Assembly (NCBI GenBank): GCA_947629255.1 | Contig: CANRDF010000004.1 | Location: 1-63,302, forward strand | Reading direction: 5' to 3' | Length of the DNA: 63,302 bases | Source of the DNA: an uncultured Bacilli bacterium | GTDB taxonomy: Bacteria; Bacillota_I; Bacilli_A; RF39; UBA660 | Shown: piece after piece, positions 37,313 through 46,594 of the stretch | How positions within the stretch are numbered: the first letter of the stretch is position 1 | How the letters are laid out: each line of letters begins with the position of its first letter | Made by a program: the position numbers and the translations under genes | The notes under the pieces: model-generated | The model's input: only the letters and a program-made list of their open reading frames with translations | Databases searched by the model: none | Told to the model about the DNA's origin: nothing

Positions 37313-38626
37313 ATGAAATATTTAAATGAATCAAAAATCAATAGTTCTTATTATGTAAATGGAAGAATAGAATATGCAACCAAAAATTTACTAAAATACA
37401 TCAAGAATTTACCAGAAGACCAACAAGAAGATTACAAGCAAAAAGTATCCAATATTATAGATAAAGAAATAATGAGTGTACAAGATGTCATAGATTTTTT
37501 TGAAAATTATGATGTACTCATTCATGAAATGCAAAAAATATTGGAGCAAAAATGGCTTAAACTAGATTTTAAAAAGTATGTAGGATATTTAAAAGAAAGT
37601 ATCGAGTTTTTAGTGAGTCACTATGATACTAAAGAAGATGAAGAAAACTTCAAATACCTCTTAGAATATGTGAATCATAGTAGTAATATGGAAAGACTTA
37701 AAGAGATTTTAGATTTTTATAATTCTATCGTGCATAAATATAACAAATTAGAAATAACATCTATTGAAGATTATTTAAATAAGAAGAAACCTCCTCGTTT
37801 TTTAGTATATAGCACGGGAGGAGCTAAAATATTAAAAGATAATCAAAATTATCGTAAACAAGAAATATCTGTGAGTTATGTTATGGAAGAACAATTTGGA
37901 ACATATGCTTCTCAATATGGAAGTATTGGTTTTATATATCCTTATGAAGATGTGATCTCGGCATATCCTGAAGATATTTATTCATGGATTGATAATGATG
38001 GTGAAGAAAAAGACCCTTTAAAAGTGGATGATGAATTTATTTTAAGAAGTTTGCAATCTTATCATTTTGTGTTTCCTTTAAAATTAATCATTGAAAAAAA
38101 TAAAGAATTATCTAAAAAAATGACGGGACATATTTTGGATGACAGTATTTATAATGAACTATTAATTAAAGATACGGTACAACCGATTGGAATCTATATT
38201 ATGGACTATGGATTAAAAGATGCTTGTCATGGATATAAAAAAGCAAAAGAAATGGCTGAGAGTTGGAATCTACCACTAGTCGAAATTGATAAAAGTATAT
38301 ACCGAGTACAAGCAGGGTTAGATGCCTTTTCTTTAACTGATAAATATAATATTATTTTATCGATGATTGACCAGGTGTGTGAAGAAAATGCTGTCTGGGC
38401 TTATTATCGGGACTGGTGTCGTATTGGTTTTGATCATTTTGTTGACGAAGGAAAATCAGATTACTTTTTGGATGAAGTGTGGAAAATCTATTTAAAATTA
38501 AAAGAAACCAATCAAATCAGTGTAGCAAATATCAAAACAGAATTAAATCGTCTTATGGGATTTTTAAGCGAACAAGACGTGGTGAATCTTTTAAAGGATG
38601 CAAGGCAAGAAAGTATGAAAAAATGA
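37313..38626 (+). CDS. Hypothetical soluble protein
   Basis: 437-aa ORF, GAGGAG RBS, no confidently recognised family. Confidence 0.75.
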   Translation: MKYLNESKINSSYYVNGRIEYATKNLLKYIKNLPEDQQEDYKQKVSNIIDKEIMSVQDVIDFFENYDVLIHEMQKILEQKWLKLDFKKYVGYLKESIEFLVSHYDTKEDEENFKYLLEYVNHSSNMERLKEILDFYNSIVHKYNKLEITSIEDYLNKKKPPRFLVYSTGGAKILKDNQNYRKQEISVSYVMEEQFGTYASQYGSIGFIYPYEDVISAYPEDIYSWIDNDGEEKDPLKVDDEFILRSLQSYHFVFPLKLIIEKNKELSKKMTGHILDDSIYNELLIKDTVQPIGIYIMDYGLKDACHGYKKAKEMAESWNLPLVEIDKSIYRVQAGLDAFSLTDKYNIILSMIDQVCEENAVWAYYRDWCRIGFDHFVDEGKSDYFLDEVWKIYLKLKETNQISVANIKTELNRLMGFLSEQDVVNLLKDARQESMKK

Positions 38627-38714
38627 AAACAGTGAAATAAAACTGTTTTTTTTTAGACGTTTATCCTAATCACAAATAGAGTATTTAAGTAAAATACCTA
38701 TGGGAGGGAAAAAT

Positions 38715-39161
38715 ATGTTATTTGATAACACAGATTTTAATTATGAAATTGGCTTTTTTAAAATTCCAGGAAGCGACTTTTCGAAAGAAATGAGAACCGA
38801 TAAGTTTTTAACACCGGAAGAAGGGTTTTTAAGAGGAAATTTATTTCGTGACGAATATGTGCCTTACAAAAATTTAACGTATTACAAATTAAAAGGGGAA
38901 AATGAAAGAGAAACTATGCTTTTAAAATTAATGTCTTATGCTTTTGCAATTGTTGATTTGAATCTCTATTTAGATTTACATCCAGAAGACCAAAATGCTT
39001 TCATGTTGTTTAAAAAATATACGAAAGAAAAATGTGATGTAGAAGAGGCTTACACAGAAAAATATGGTCCACTTATCGTTACAGATACAACAGGAAATAC
39101 CTTTAACTGGATTAAAAATCCATGGCCATGGGATAAGACAGGAGGGACTAAATATGTTTAA
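38715..39161 (+). CDS. cotJB: Spore coat protein CotJB with N-terminal CotJA-like segment
   Basis: FAIVDLNLYLDLHP, KYGPL, WIKNPWPWD; upstream PEEGFLRGNLF..Y.PY. Confidence 0.88.
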   Translation: MLFDNTDFNYEIGFFKIPGSDFSKEMRTDKFLTPEEGFLRGNLFRDEYVPYKNLTYYKLKGENERETMLLKLMSYAFAIVDLNLYLDLHPEDQNAFMLFKKYTKEKCDVEEAYTEKYGPLIVTDTTGNTFNWIKNPWPWDKTGGTKYV

Positions 39162-39711
39162 GTATGTCAAACATTTAAATTATCCAATTAATATTCAGAA
39201 AAAAGATTTGAAAATGGCAAAAAATTTATTAACTCAATTTGGGGGTTCGAATGGAGAACTTGCTGCATCTCTTCGTTATTTTAGTCAAAAGTTTTCAATG
39301 CCAGATGAAAAAGGAAAAGCTTTGTTAAATGATATTGCAACAGAAGAACTTGGACATTGTGAAATGATTTGTACGATGGTGAGTCAATTAGTGAAAGATG
39401 CAACCGTAGAAGAATTAAAAGCAAATGGTCTAGAAAGTCTATATACAGAGCATGGAAAAGGGGTATATCCAACCGATTCTTTTGGAAATCCATTTACTGT
39501 GACTTACTTTGCTGTAACTGGAGATACATTAGCTGATTTATCGGAAGATATGGCTGCTGAGCAAAAAGCAAGAGCTATTTATGAAAACTTAATTGATGAA
39601 ACGGATGATGAAGATGTCCTTGCACCACTTCTATTCTTAAGACAAAGAGAAGTTGTTCATTTTAATCGTTTTAAAGAATTATATAAATATTATAAAAATA
39701 AGGGATATTAA
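39154..39711 (+). CDS. cotJC: Spore coat protein CotJC (Mn-catalase family)
   Basis: QFGGSNGELAASLRY, DIATEELGHCEM, EDMAAEQKAR, FLRQREVVHF. Confidence 0.93.
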   Translation: MFKYVKHLNYPINIQKKDLKMAKNLLTQFGGSNGELAASLRYFSQKFSMPDEKGKALLNDIATEELGHCEMICTMVSQLVKDATVEELKANGLESLYTEHGKGVYPTDSFGNPFTVTYFAVTGDTLADLSEDMAAEQKARAIYENLIDETDDEDVLAPLLFLRQREVVHFNRFKELYKYYKNKGY

Positions 39712-39792
39712 AGGCACGAAAAAAGTGTCTTTTTTTCTTGTATTCCTCTTCTTTTTGTGGTATCTTTTTATTAAGGAAAGATAGGGATTTAT

Positions 39793-40551
39793 ATGGATGA
39801 AAAAAAGAAAAAAACAACTTCAAAGAAAACGAGTACAAAGACAAGTACAGCTAAGAAAAACGGTGTAAAAAAGACGACTACTAGAAAGACAACGACCAAA
39901 AAGCCAGCATCTAAGAAACCCGTTGCCAAAGTAGAGAAGAAAGTTGTAGAAGAAAAAATTATTGAAGAGAAAGAAAGTTTTCAAGAACCAATTGAAATGA
40001 ATGAAGAACCTAAAAAAGAGGCAAAAGTTGTTTGGAATGAAAAGAGTCATTTAAAAGCAATTATTATGGCTGTTGTAGCCTTTCTTGTTTTAGCAGTAGG
40101 TGTTATCGTGGCTTTTATACAAGCAGAGGAAAGTGGTGCTTCTTACAGTGATAAATGGAAAGATAAAAGTTATTTAGTTGAAAAAGAATATGCAGCATCT
40201 GTGACTTGTGATGGAATTCCAAATGCTATTTTAGGAGACCAAGCGTTTATTCTTGTGACTTCATTTAATGAAGAAGAATTTCATTTAGAAAAAGATTTAG
40301 CAAGACTGATTCGTGAAAATCATATTGAAGATTTTTATGTTTATCCTTTAGTTGATAATTGTGGGCCAATCAGCAATGCATCAAGTGTTGCAGGAAGGAA
40401 TCTATTATTAACAAAAGGTTTAGAACACACTCCAGCAATTTTATATTACCGAAATGGAAAGCTAGAAGAAGTTGTAGAACGTGAAGATGAAAAAATGTTA
40501 GAAGTAGGAGATTTCCAAAAGTTACTTGATATTTATGAAATTACAAAATAA
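39793..40551 (+). CDS. Membrane protein with Lys/Thr-rich N-terminus and thioredoxin-like C-terminal domain
   Basis: KKTTTRKTTTKK tract, one TM, TPAILYYRNGK. Confidence 0.65.
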   Translation: MDEKKKKTTSKKTSTKTSTAKKNGVKKTTTRKTTTKKPASKKPVAKVEKKVVEEKIIEEKESFQEPIEMNEEPKKEAKVVWNEKSHLKAIIMAVVAFLVLAVGVIVAFIQAEESGASYSDKWKDKSYLVEKEYAASVTCDGIPNAILGDQAFILVTSFNEEEFHLEKDLARLIRENHIEDFYVYPLVDNCGPISNASSVAGRNLLLTKGLEHTPAILYYRNGKLEEVVEREDEKMLEVGDFQKLLDIYEITK

Positions 40552-40586
40552 AAAGAGAAATCTTTTTTTCTTTTAGGAGGGTGCAT

Positions 40587-41117
40587 ATGTTAAACGTTGT
40601 TTTATTTGAACCAGAAATTCCTGGAAATACTGGAAATATCATGCGTACTTGTGTTGCTACACATACTCGTCTTCATTTGATTGAGCCTCTTGGTTTTTCT
40701 TTGGAAGAAAAGTATATTAAAAGAAGTGGGGTAAATTACATCGAGCATTGTGATTATACAGTATATTCAAATTGGGAAGAATTTGAGAAGAAAAATCAGG
40801 GAACTTATTATTTTTATACAAGATATGGTCATAAACCACATTCGGAGTTTGATTATTCAAATACGGATGAAAATATTTATCTTATTTTTGGAAAAGAAAG
40901 TACAGGTATCCCAAGAAGCATTTTGAAGCCTCATTTAGAATCTTGTGCAAGAATTCCAATGACGGATAAAGTTCGAGCTTTAAATTTATCAAATTCTGTT
41001 GCCATTGTTTTATATGAAGCATTAAGACAACAAAATTATATTGATTTATTAAAAGACGAGCCAGGAGACGCTGGTCATAAAGGAAATCATTTTATCGAGG
41101 ATTACTATGAACTGTAA
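40587..41117 (+). CDS. trmL: tRNA (cytidine(34)-2'-O)-methyltransferase
   Basis: PEIPGNTGNIMRTC, LHLIEPLGF, FGKESTG, RALNLSNS, YEALRQ. Confidence 0.95.
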   Translation: MLNVVLFEPEIPGNTGNIMRTCVATHTRLHLIEPLGFSLEEKYIKRSGVNYIEHCDYTVYSNWEEFEKKNQGTYYFYTRYGHKPHSEFDYSNTDENIYLIFGKESTGIPRSILKPHLESCARIPMTDKVRALNLSNSVAIVLYEALRQQNYIDLLKDEPGDAGHKGNHFIEDYYEL

Positions 41118-41385
41118 AAGATGCGGAAAAGCGATTGGAACAGACCGAGGAATTTGTCCATTCTGTGGAGCAATGTTAAGTCAAGACCAAATGGCTACTT
41201 ATAAACAAATGAAAAAAGAAAATCGTTTTCAAGAAGAAATGATTACTGAAAAATATAATGGCAAAAAGGTTTATTATGAAAAAAGAGAAGGATCGGATTC
41301 CAATTTCTATATATGGATTATTCTCTTTGGACTTCTTATCATCATTGCCGTTGTTGTTCTTGTGGTTGTCTTAGGAATTTTCTAA
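41107..41385 (+). CDS. Zinc-ribbon membrane protein
   Basis: CKRCG...CPFCG; C-terminal TM. Confidence 0.8.
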   Translation: MNCKRCGKAIGTDRGICPFCGAMLSQDQMATYKQMKKENRFQEEMITEKYNGKKVYYEKREGSDSNFYIWIILFGLLIIIAVVVLVVVLGIF

Positions 41386-41449
41386 GACTTTTTTCTTGCC
41401 TTTTCGCATATAAAAAATAAAATGATCCAAACTATAAAAGAGGGATTTT

Positions 41450-41968
41450 ATGAAACTACTATTTGTTTGTATCAAGATTTTCTTTGCCCGTATTTTAGAT
41501 GTGACTATCGCGACGTTTAGACAAAATATTTTATTAAAGGGTAAATGTGTTTTAGGTTCTTTGTTAGCTTTTGCAGAAATTATGATTTGGTTTTTAGTAG
41601 CTAGAGAAGCTCTTACGATTCCTATTCAAAGTTTATGGATTCCCATTTCTTATTCGCTAGGTTTTGCAACGGGGACTCTCATTGGAAGTTTATTATCGAA
41701 ACATTTTATTCGGGGAGAAGTAGGGGTTCAAATTATTATTGATGAAGAAGAAAAAAAAGATTTAGTGAATTCCTTAAAAATACGAGGATACCCCATTAAT
41801 ATTCTTCATTTAGAAAGTGGTTTTAACAGTGTTCCAAAGCTTATGATTTTCATTGAAGTGAGTACGAAAAATTTAAAAAAATTGGAAACTTTAATTCAGC
41901 AAAATGATCCAGATGCTTTTATTGTGATTAGTGATACGAAAAAAGTACTTAAAGGAACGATGAAATAA
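41450..41968 (+). CDS. UPF0316 / DUF2179-family membrane protein
   Basis: IFFARILDVTIATFR, AFAEIMIW, YSLGFATGTLIG, DPDAFI. Confidence 0.85.
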   Translation: MKLLFVCIKIFFARILDVTIATFRQNILLKGKCVLGSLLAFAEIMIWFLVAREALTIPIQSLWIPISYSLGFATGTLIGSLLSKHFIRGEVGVQIIIDEEEKKDLVNSLKIRGYPINILHLESGFNSVPKLMIFIEVSTKNLKKLETLIQQNDPDAFIVISDTKKVLKGTMK

Positions 41969-41976
41969 AAGGAAAC

Positions 41977-42005
41977 TCATAGAATGGTTTCTTTTTTCAT
42001 ATATT
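41977..42005 (+). promoter_or_regulatory. Possible sigmaE-type promoter of dacB-spmAB
   Basis: tcATA-N16-CATATATT; this operon is sigmaE-controlled in B. subtilis. Confidence 0.45.
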
Positions 42006-42021
42006 TCACTAGGTGGTTTTC

Positions 42022-43089
42022 ATGAAAAAATGTTGTCTTATCCTTTTACTTCTTTTGATTCCTATTCGTGTTTCAGCCATTTCGGCGGAAAGTTATGCAG
42101 TGATGGATTATGATTCAGGACGTATTTTAATGAGTCATAATGGGGAGAAAGAAAAATTAATTGCCAGTACAACCAAAATTATGACTGCAATCATTGCTTT
42201 AGAAAATAAAGAACTAGATAGTGTAAGAAAAGTTGGGGAAGAAGTTTTAAAAGCTTATGGAAGTGCCATTTATCTTAGTTTAGAGGAAGAAATTACGTTA
42301 AAAGATTTACTTTATGGACTGATGCTTCGAAGTGGAAATGATGCAGCGATTGAAATTGCTTTTCATGTTTCAGGAAGTTTAGAAGAATTTGTAAAACTGA
42401 TGAATGAGAAAGCTTACGAACTAGGAATGAGTCATACGAAGTTTTTAAATCCGCATGGACTGGAAGAACAAGATGGAAGTGGGAATACTTCAACTGCTAT
42501 CGATATGGCCAAACTTATGCGTTACGCCTTAACAAATGAAACTTTTCGAGAAATTATCAAAACCAAAAGTTATACTGCTAAGACAACAGGAAAAACTTAT
42601 GTTTGGCAAAACAAAAATAAACTTTTACGAACTTATGAATATAACATTGGTGGAAAAACAGGCTTTACCGAAAAAGCTCGAAGAACTTTAGTCACGGCTT
42701 CCAAGAAAGATGATAAAACTTGCATTGTCGTGACTTTAAATGATGGAAATGATTTTGCAGATCATAAAGAGTTATGCGAAAGTGTTTTTGAAACCTATGA
42801 AAGAGTTTTATTGCTTGATAAAGACAGTACGATTATTGATGCGAATCATCCAGAAAAGTATTATTTAGAAGAAAGTTTTTATGCTTTGCTCACGAGTGAT
42901 GAGAAAGAAAGTATTCGTATTGATTATAAAATAGATACAAATGAAAAAAATACTGAAGTTGGGGTAGCCGAAGTGTATTTAAAAGATTCTTTGCTTGGAA
43001 GTGTGAAAATTTATCAAAGAGAAGAGGCTAAAGAAGAGAAAAAAGAAAACTTCTTTCAAAGATTTCTAAGGTGGTTGTTTCGATGGTAA
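42022..43089 (+). CDS. dacB: D-alanyl-D-alanine carboxypeptidase (spore cortex PBP5*)
   Basis: IASTTKIMT, LRSGNDAA, NPHGL, GGKTGFT; precedes spmAB. Confidence 0.9.
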   Translation: MKKCCLILLLLLIPIRVSAISAESYAVMDYDSGRILMSHNGEKEKLIASTTKIMTAIIALENKELDSVRKVGEEVLKAYGSAIYLSLEEEITLKDLLYGLMLRSGNDAAIEIAFHVSGSLEEFVKLMNEKAYELGMSHTKFLNPHGLEEQDGSGNTSTAIDMAKLMRYALTNETFREIIKTKSYTAKTTGKTYVWQNKNKLLRTYEYNIGGKTGFTEKARRTLVTASKKDDKTCIVVTLNDGNDFADHKELCESVFETYERVLLLDKDSTIIDANHPEKYYLEESFYALLTSDEKESIRIDYKIDTNEKNTEVGVAEVYLKDSLLGSVKIYQREEAKEEKKENFFQRFLRWLFRW

Positions 43090-43673
43090 CATATATTTGG
43101 GTTTTTTTCCTTGTCGTAGGTTCTTTATTTACGATTTTTACAGGGAATATTGAAAGTTTAAATAATCAAATTTTAAAAGGGGGAACGGATGGAATCAAAC
43201 TTCTTTTGGATATGCTTCCTTTACTTGTTTTATGGACAGGTGTTATGAAAATTGCCGAAGACTCGAAAATTTTAGAAAAGTTTTCCAAATTAGTGTGTCC
43301 TCTTTTAAGTAAGTTATTTCCAAGTTTGCCCAAAAATCATCCTGCTTTAGGTTATATTGCTTCGAATATTGCCGCGAATGCTTTAGGTCTTGGTAGTGCG
43401 GCGACTCCGTTTGGCTTAAAAGCGATGGAATGCTTGCAAGAAGATAATCCTCAAAAGGATACGGCAACAGAAGCTATGGTTACGTTTTTAATATTAAATA
43501 CGGGTGGAGTGACCATTGTTCCAACGACCGTGATTGCCCTTCGAATGATGTATGGAAGTGCAAATCCATCGGAAATTATTTTAACTAGTATTCTGGCGAC
43601 TTTCTCATCGAATATAGCCGGGCTTATTTTTGATTATATAAAGAGGAGGAAAAACCGTGTTTCAACTCTCTAA
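43083..43673 (+). CDS. spmA: Spore maturation protein A
   Basis: NIAANALGLGSAATPFGLKAM, PTTVIALR. Confidence 0.94.
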   Translation: MVTYIWVFFLVVGSLFTIFTGNIESLNNQILKGGTDGIKLLLDMLPLLVLWTGVMKIAEDSKILEKFSKLVCPLLSKLFPSLPKNHPALGYIASNIAANALGLGSAATPFGLKAMECLQEDNPQKDTATEAMVTFLILNTGGVTIVPTTVIALRMMYGSANPSEIILTSILATFSSNIAGLIFDYIKRRKNRVSTL

Positions 43674-44178
43674 TTACATTGTTCCTATTTTTGTTTTAGG
43701 AATTGTACTCTATGCTTTTAAGAAAAAAGTAAACATCTATGAATCATTTCTTGCTGGGGCTAAAGAAGGACTGATTACTACTTTTAAGATTGCTCCTGCT
43801 GTGATTGCCATGGTGTTTGTTACGAATATCTTTTTAAATAGTAAATTTTTGGAATTTCTTTTTTCTTTTTTGACACCTACATTAAATCGTTTTGGAATTC
43901 CTCTTAGTATTTTACCAATGGCTTTTGTAAGACCGATTTCAGGAACAGCCTCTTTAGCCATTATGACCAATATTTTTCAAATGTATGGACCTGATTCTTT
44001 TGTGGGAAGACTGGCCTCCAATTTACAAGGATGTACTGATACAACCATCTATGTCTTGGCTTTATATTTTGGGTCCATTCGAGTTACTAAAACCAAACAT
44101 GCATTACAGGCTGGTTTATTTGCTGATTTTATGGGAATTTTAGCTGCTTTTCTTATCACGTTCCTCTTTTTTGGATAA
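43657..44178 (+). CDS. spmB: Spore maturation protein B
   Basis: YESFLAGAKEG, RPISG, TDTTIYVLALYFGS. Confidence 0.94.
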   Translation: MFQLSNYIVPIFVLGIVLYAFKKKVNIYESFLAGAKEGLITTFKIAPAVIAMVFVTNIFLNSKFLEFLFSFLTPTLNRFGIPLSILPMAFVRPISGTASLAIMTNIFQMYGPDSFVGRLASNLQGCTDTTIYVLALYFGSIRVTKTKHALQAGLFADFMGILAAFLITFLFFG

Positions 44179-44341
44179 AAACATAAAAAAAATGATACTA
44201 TTACAAGCCCTTATTGTAAGGTGCTTTTTTGTTTCTTTCAAAAACAAATGTACGCGTTTTTGAAAGAAAATATTTGACAAAGACACATAGACTATGGTAT
44301 GATAGTGATGCTTTCCGGAAAAAAAGAAGGATGGATTATAA

Positions 44342-45013
44342 ATGAAAAAATTACCCTCGGTAAAGTTAATCGTATTAGCTTTGACCGTTATTGGATGTTT
44401 AGAATTTTTAGTAAATCGTTTAGAAGATGTCATCTTAGTGACTTTTGAAAGTGGAATTACAACTTCAGGAAATTTCTTATATGAAACGATTTTGATGAAA
44501 AATCAAAAAAATGAATTAAACAGCCAAGAAAATATTGAAAATATAGAACAACAAATTGAAATTATTAGTTTGAAAGCTACCACACCAGAACCTATTGTAT
44601 ATGATGGTATGACGATGGCAGAGCTTACAGACAAACTAAATTTAAGTTTACATAGTGATTTAGCTGGATATGGAAGTAGTTTTGCAAAATATTCTTTGGA
44701 ATATGGAGTAGATCCTTATTTAGCTGTATCAATTACTTTACTAGAAACAGGTTGTAAATGGAATTGTAGTGCTTTAGTACGTAAATGTAACAATGTTGGT
44801 GGAATGAAAGGACCTGGAAGATGTAATGGTGGGTCTTATGATACGTTTGAAAGCTTAGATGCTGGAATCGAAGCAATGATCAGAAACCTTTCTAAAAATT
44901 ATATTCAAAAAGGAATTGTAACACCAGAACAAATTAATAAAAAGTATGCGGAAAGTACAACTTGGGCTACAAAAGTAAATAAATACATCCAAGAAGTGAA
45001 AAATGCTGTCTAA
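44342..45013 (+). CDS. Glucosaminidase (GH73/lysozyme-like) domain protein
   Basis: YGVDPYLAVSITLLETG, NNVGGM, FESLDAGI, INKKYA...WATKV. Confidence 0.8.
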   Translation: MKKLPSVKLIVLALTVIGCLEFLVNRLEDVILVTFESGITTSGNFLYETILMKNQKNELNSQENIENIEQQIEIISLKATTPEPIVYDGMTMAELTDKLNLSLHSDLAGYGSSFAKYSLEYGVDPYLAVSITLLETGCKWNCSALVRKCNNVGGMKGPGRCNGGSYDTFESLDAGIEAMIRNLSKNYIQKGIVTPEQINKKYAESTTWATKVNKYIQEVKNAV

Positions 45014-45079
45014 AACAAGGGAAATCTTGTTTTTTTCATGTCTTTTCGTTATAATAGTAATAGAAAGAAGTGAATAAAA

Positions 45080-45796
45080 GTGAAGAAAGAAAACTGGGTG
45101 TTAATAGGTTTACTAGGTGTGATTGTAGTGATTGCTTGTGTGTGTGCCTTCTTTGCTTTTCAAAATAGAGAAACGGAAGAAAAGGATGCAATAAAAATAA
45201 AGGAAGAATATGGTTCTTTGAATGGTCAAGTAAATGAAAATAATAAAAAAGAATATCCTGTTGTAGAACTTGATGATGACAATCCTTTTGTATATAAAAC
45301 AGAAGAAGAAATTGTAAAGATTTTAGAAAGTGGGTCTGGCATTATTTATTTTGGTTTTCCAACTTGTCCTTGGTGTCGAACTATACTGCCAATTTTAGAG
45401 GAGGCAGCTAAAGAAGAAAGTATTGGTGAGATTTATTACTTAAATATCAAAGACATTCGTTCTACTCTTGCTTTAGATGAAAATGATAAAGTGATTACTC
45501 AAAAAGAGGGTAGTGCCAATTATTATAAAATATTAGATTTATTAAAAGATTATTTAAGTGATTATACTTTATATGATTCCAAAGGAAAAAGTATTGAGAC
45601 CAATGAAAAAAGACTTTATGCTCCCACCATTGTAGCAGTTCAAGGTGGGAAGATTAAAGCATTTCATGAGGGAACTGTAGATGCACAAGAAACAGGGTAT
45701 GAAACATTGTCCGATAGTGACCGAGAAAAACTTAAAAATACTTTAAAAGAATTATTAAATTCAATCAGTTTAGATGTTTGTACGGATGCATGTTAA
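45080..45796 (+). CDS. Membrane-anchored thioredoxin-fold protein (CPWC)
   Basis: N-terminal TM, IIYFGFPTCPWCR, YAPTIV. Confidence 0.82.
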   Translation: MKKENWVLIGLLGVIVVIACVCAFFAFQNRETEEKDAIKIKEEYGSLNGQVNENNKKEYPVVELDDDNPFVYKTEEEIVKILESGSGIIYFGFPTCPWCRTILPILEEAAKEESIGEIYYLNIKDIRSTLALDENDKVITQKEGSANYYKILDLLKDYLSDYTLYDSKGKSIETNEKRLYAPTIVAVQGGKIKAFHEGTVDAQETGYETLSDSDREKLKNTLKELLNSISLDVCTDAC

Positions 45797-45831
45797 GAAA
45801 AGTAAGTATAGCTTTTCTTTTTCTTTATGAC

Positions 45832-45942
45832 AAAAAATGACACTTACAAGCAATTGTAAATGTCGTAAATCCATATAGGTAGGCATTCAGTAATGGAAAA
45901 CTGAATACTTCCTTTTTTAATTTTATGAAGTTTCCTTCATCT
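45832..45942 (-). ncRNA. Putative antisense RNA B (orphan, no cognate peptide gene)
   Basis: Promoter TTGAAA(45977)-N17-TATACT(45954); ATGAAG-GAAA-CTTCAT hairpin; GACATTTACAA/TTGTAAGTGTC terminator plus T-run. Confidence 0.62.
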
Positions 45943-46105
45943 GTATACAGTATATCAAAAATGAGATAAAATTTCAAGTAGGAAAATATCATTTTTTGCT
46001 TGCTAATATTATAAATGTATGCTAATATGTTTGTAGGAAGTTTTTTAGAAAAACTGGGTGCCTTTTCACCTATCGGCTATGATAAGCTCGAGGAGGTGAT
46101 GAGCC

Positions 46106-46222
46106 ATGGATAAGCGAAGAACTTTTGTAATAAAGATTTTCAAATATCTATTAGCACTTGCTACATTATTTACAATATGCTTTTTAGCATTTTTGTACGT
46201 AATGATGCAAAAAGGCACTTAA
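46106..46222 (+). CDS. Putative type I toxin peptide C (38 aa)
   Basis: MDKRRTFVIKIFKYLLALATLFTICFLAFLYVMMQKGT; AGGAGGTGA RBS; promoter TTGCTA(46000)-N17-TAATAT(46023). Confidence 0.75.
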   Translation: MDKRRTFVIKIFKYLLALATLFTICFLAFLYVMMQKGT

Positions 46223-46325
46223 TAAAATTCAAATAGAATCTTATTAAATGCCTGACTATAGGTGAGGCATTCAGCGGCTATTCTGAAATACCTTCCTTTT
46301 TTATTTTATGAAGTTTCCTCCATCT
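46209..46325 (-). ncRNA. Putative antisense antitoxin RNA C
   Basis: Promoter TTGAAT(46360)-N17-TATACT(46337); GAAA hairpin; terminator AGGCATTTAATAA.../TTATTAAGTGCCT-TTTT. Confidence 0.68.
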
Positions 46326-46498
46326 GTATACAGTATATCAAAAATAAAATAAAAATTCAAGTGGCAAAAAATAATATTTTTGCTTGCTAATATTATAAAA
46401 GTGTGTTAATATGTTTGCAGGAAGCATTTTAGTTGCTGAGTGTCTACCACTTTCTTCTCTCTATAACAAAATTTAAAGAAGAAAGGGGTGTGATGTAT

Positions 46499-46594
46499 AT
46501 GAGTCAAAACAGGAAATTTATACTTCAAATATTTGATTACATTATCACAATATTATGGCAAGTAATATTTATTCTTTCCATAATAAAGAAATGA
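46499..46594 (+). CDS. Putative type I toxin peptide D (31 aa)
   Basis: MSQNRKFILQIFDYIITILWQVIFILSIIKK; AAAGGGGTG RBS; promoter TTGCTA(46384)-N17-TAATAT(46407). Confidence 0.75.
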   Translation: MSQNRKFILQIFDYIITILWQVIFILSIIKK

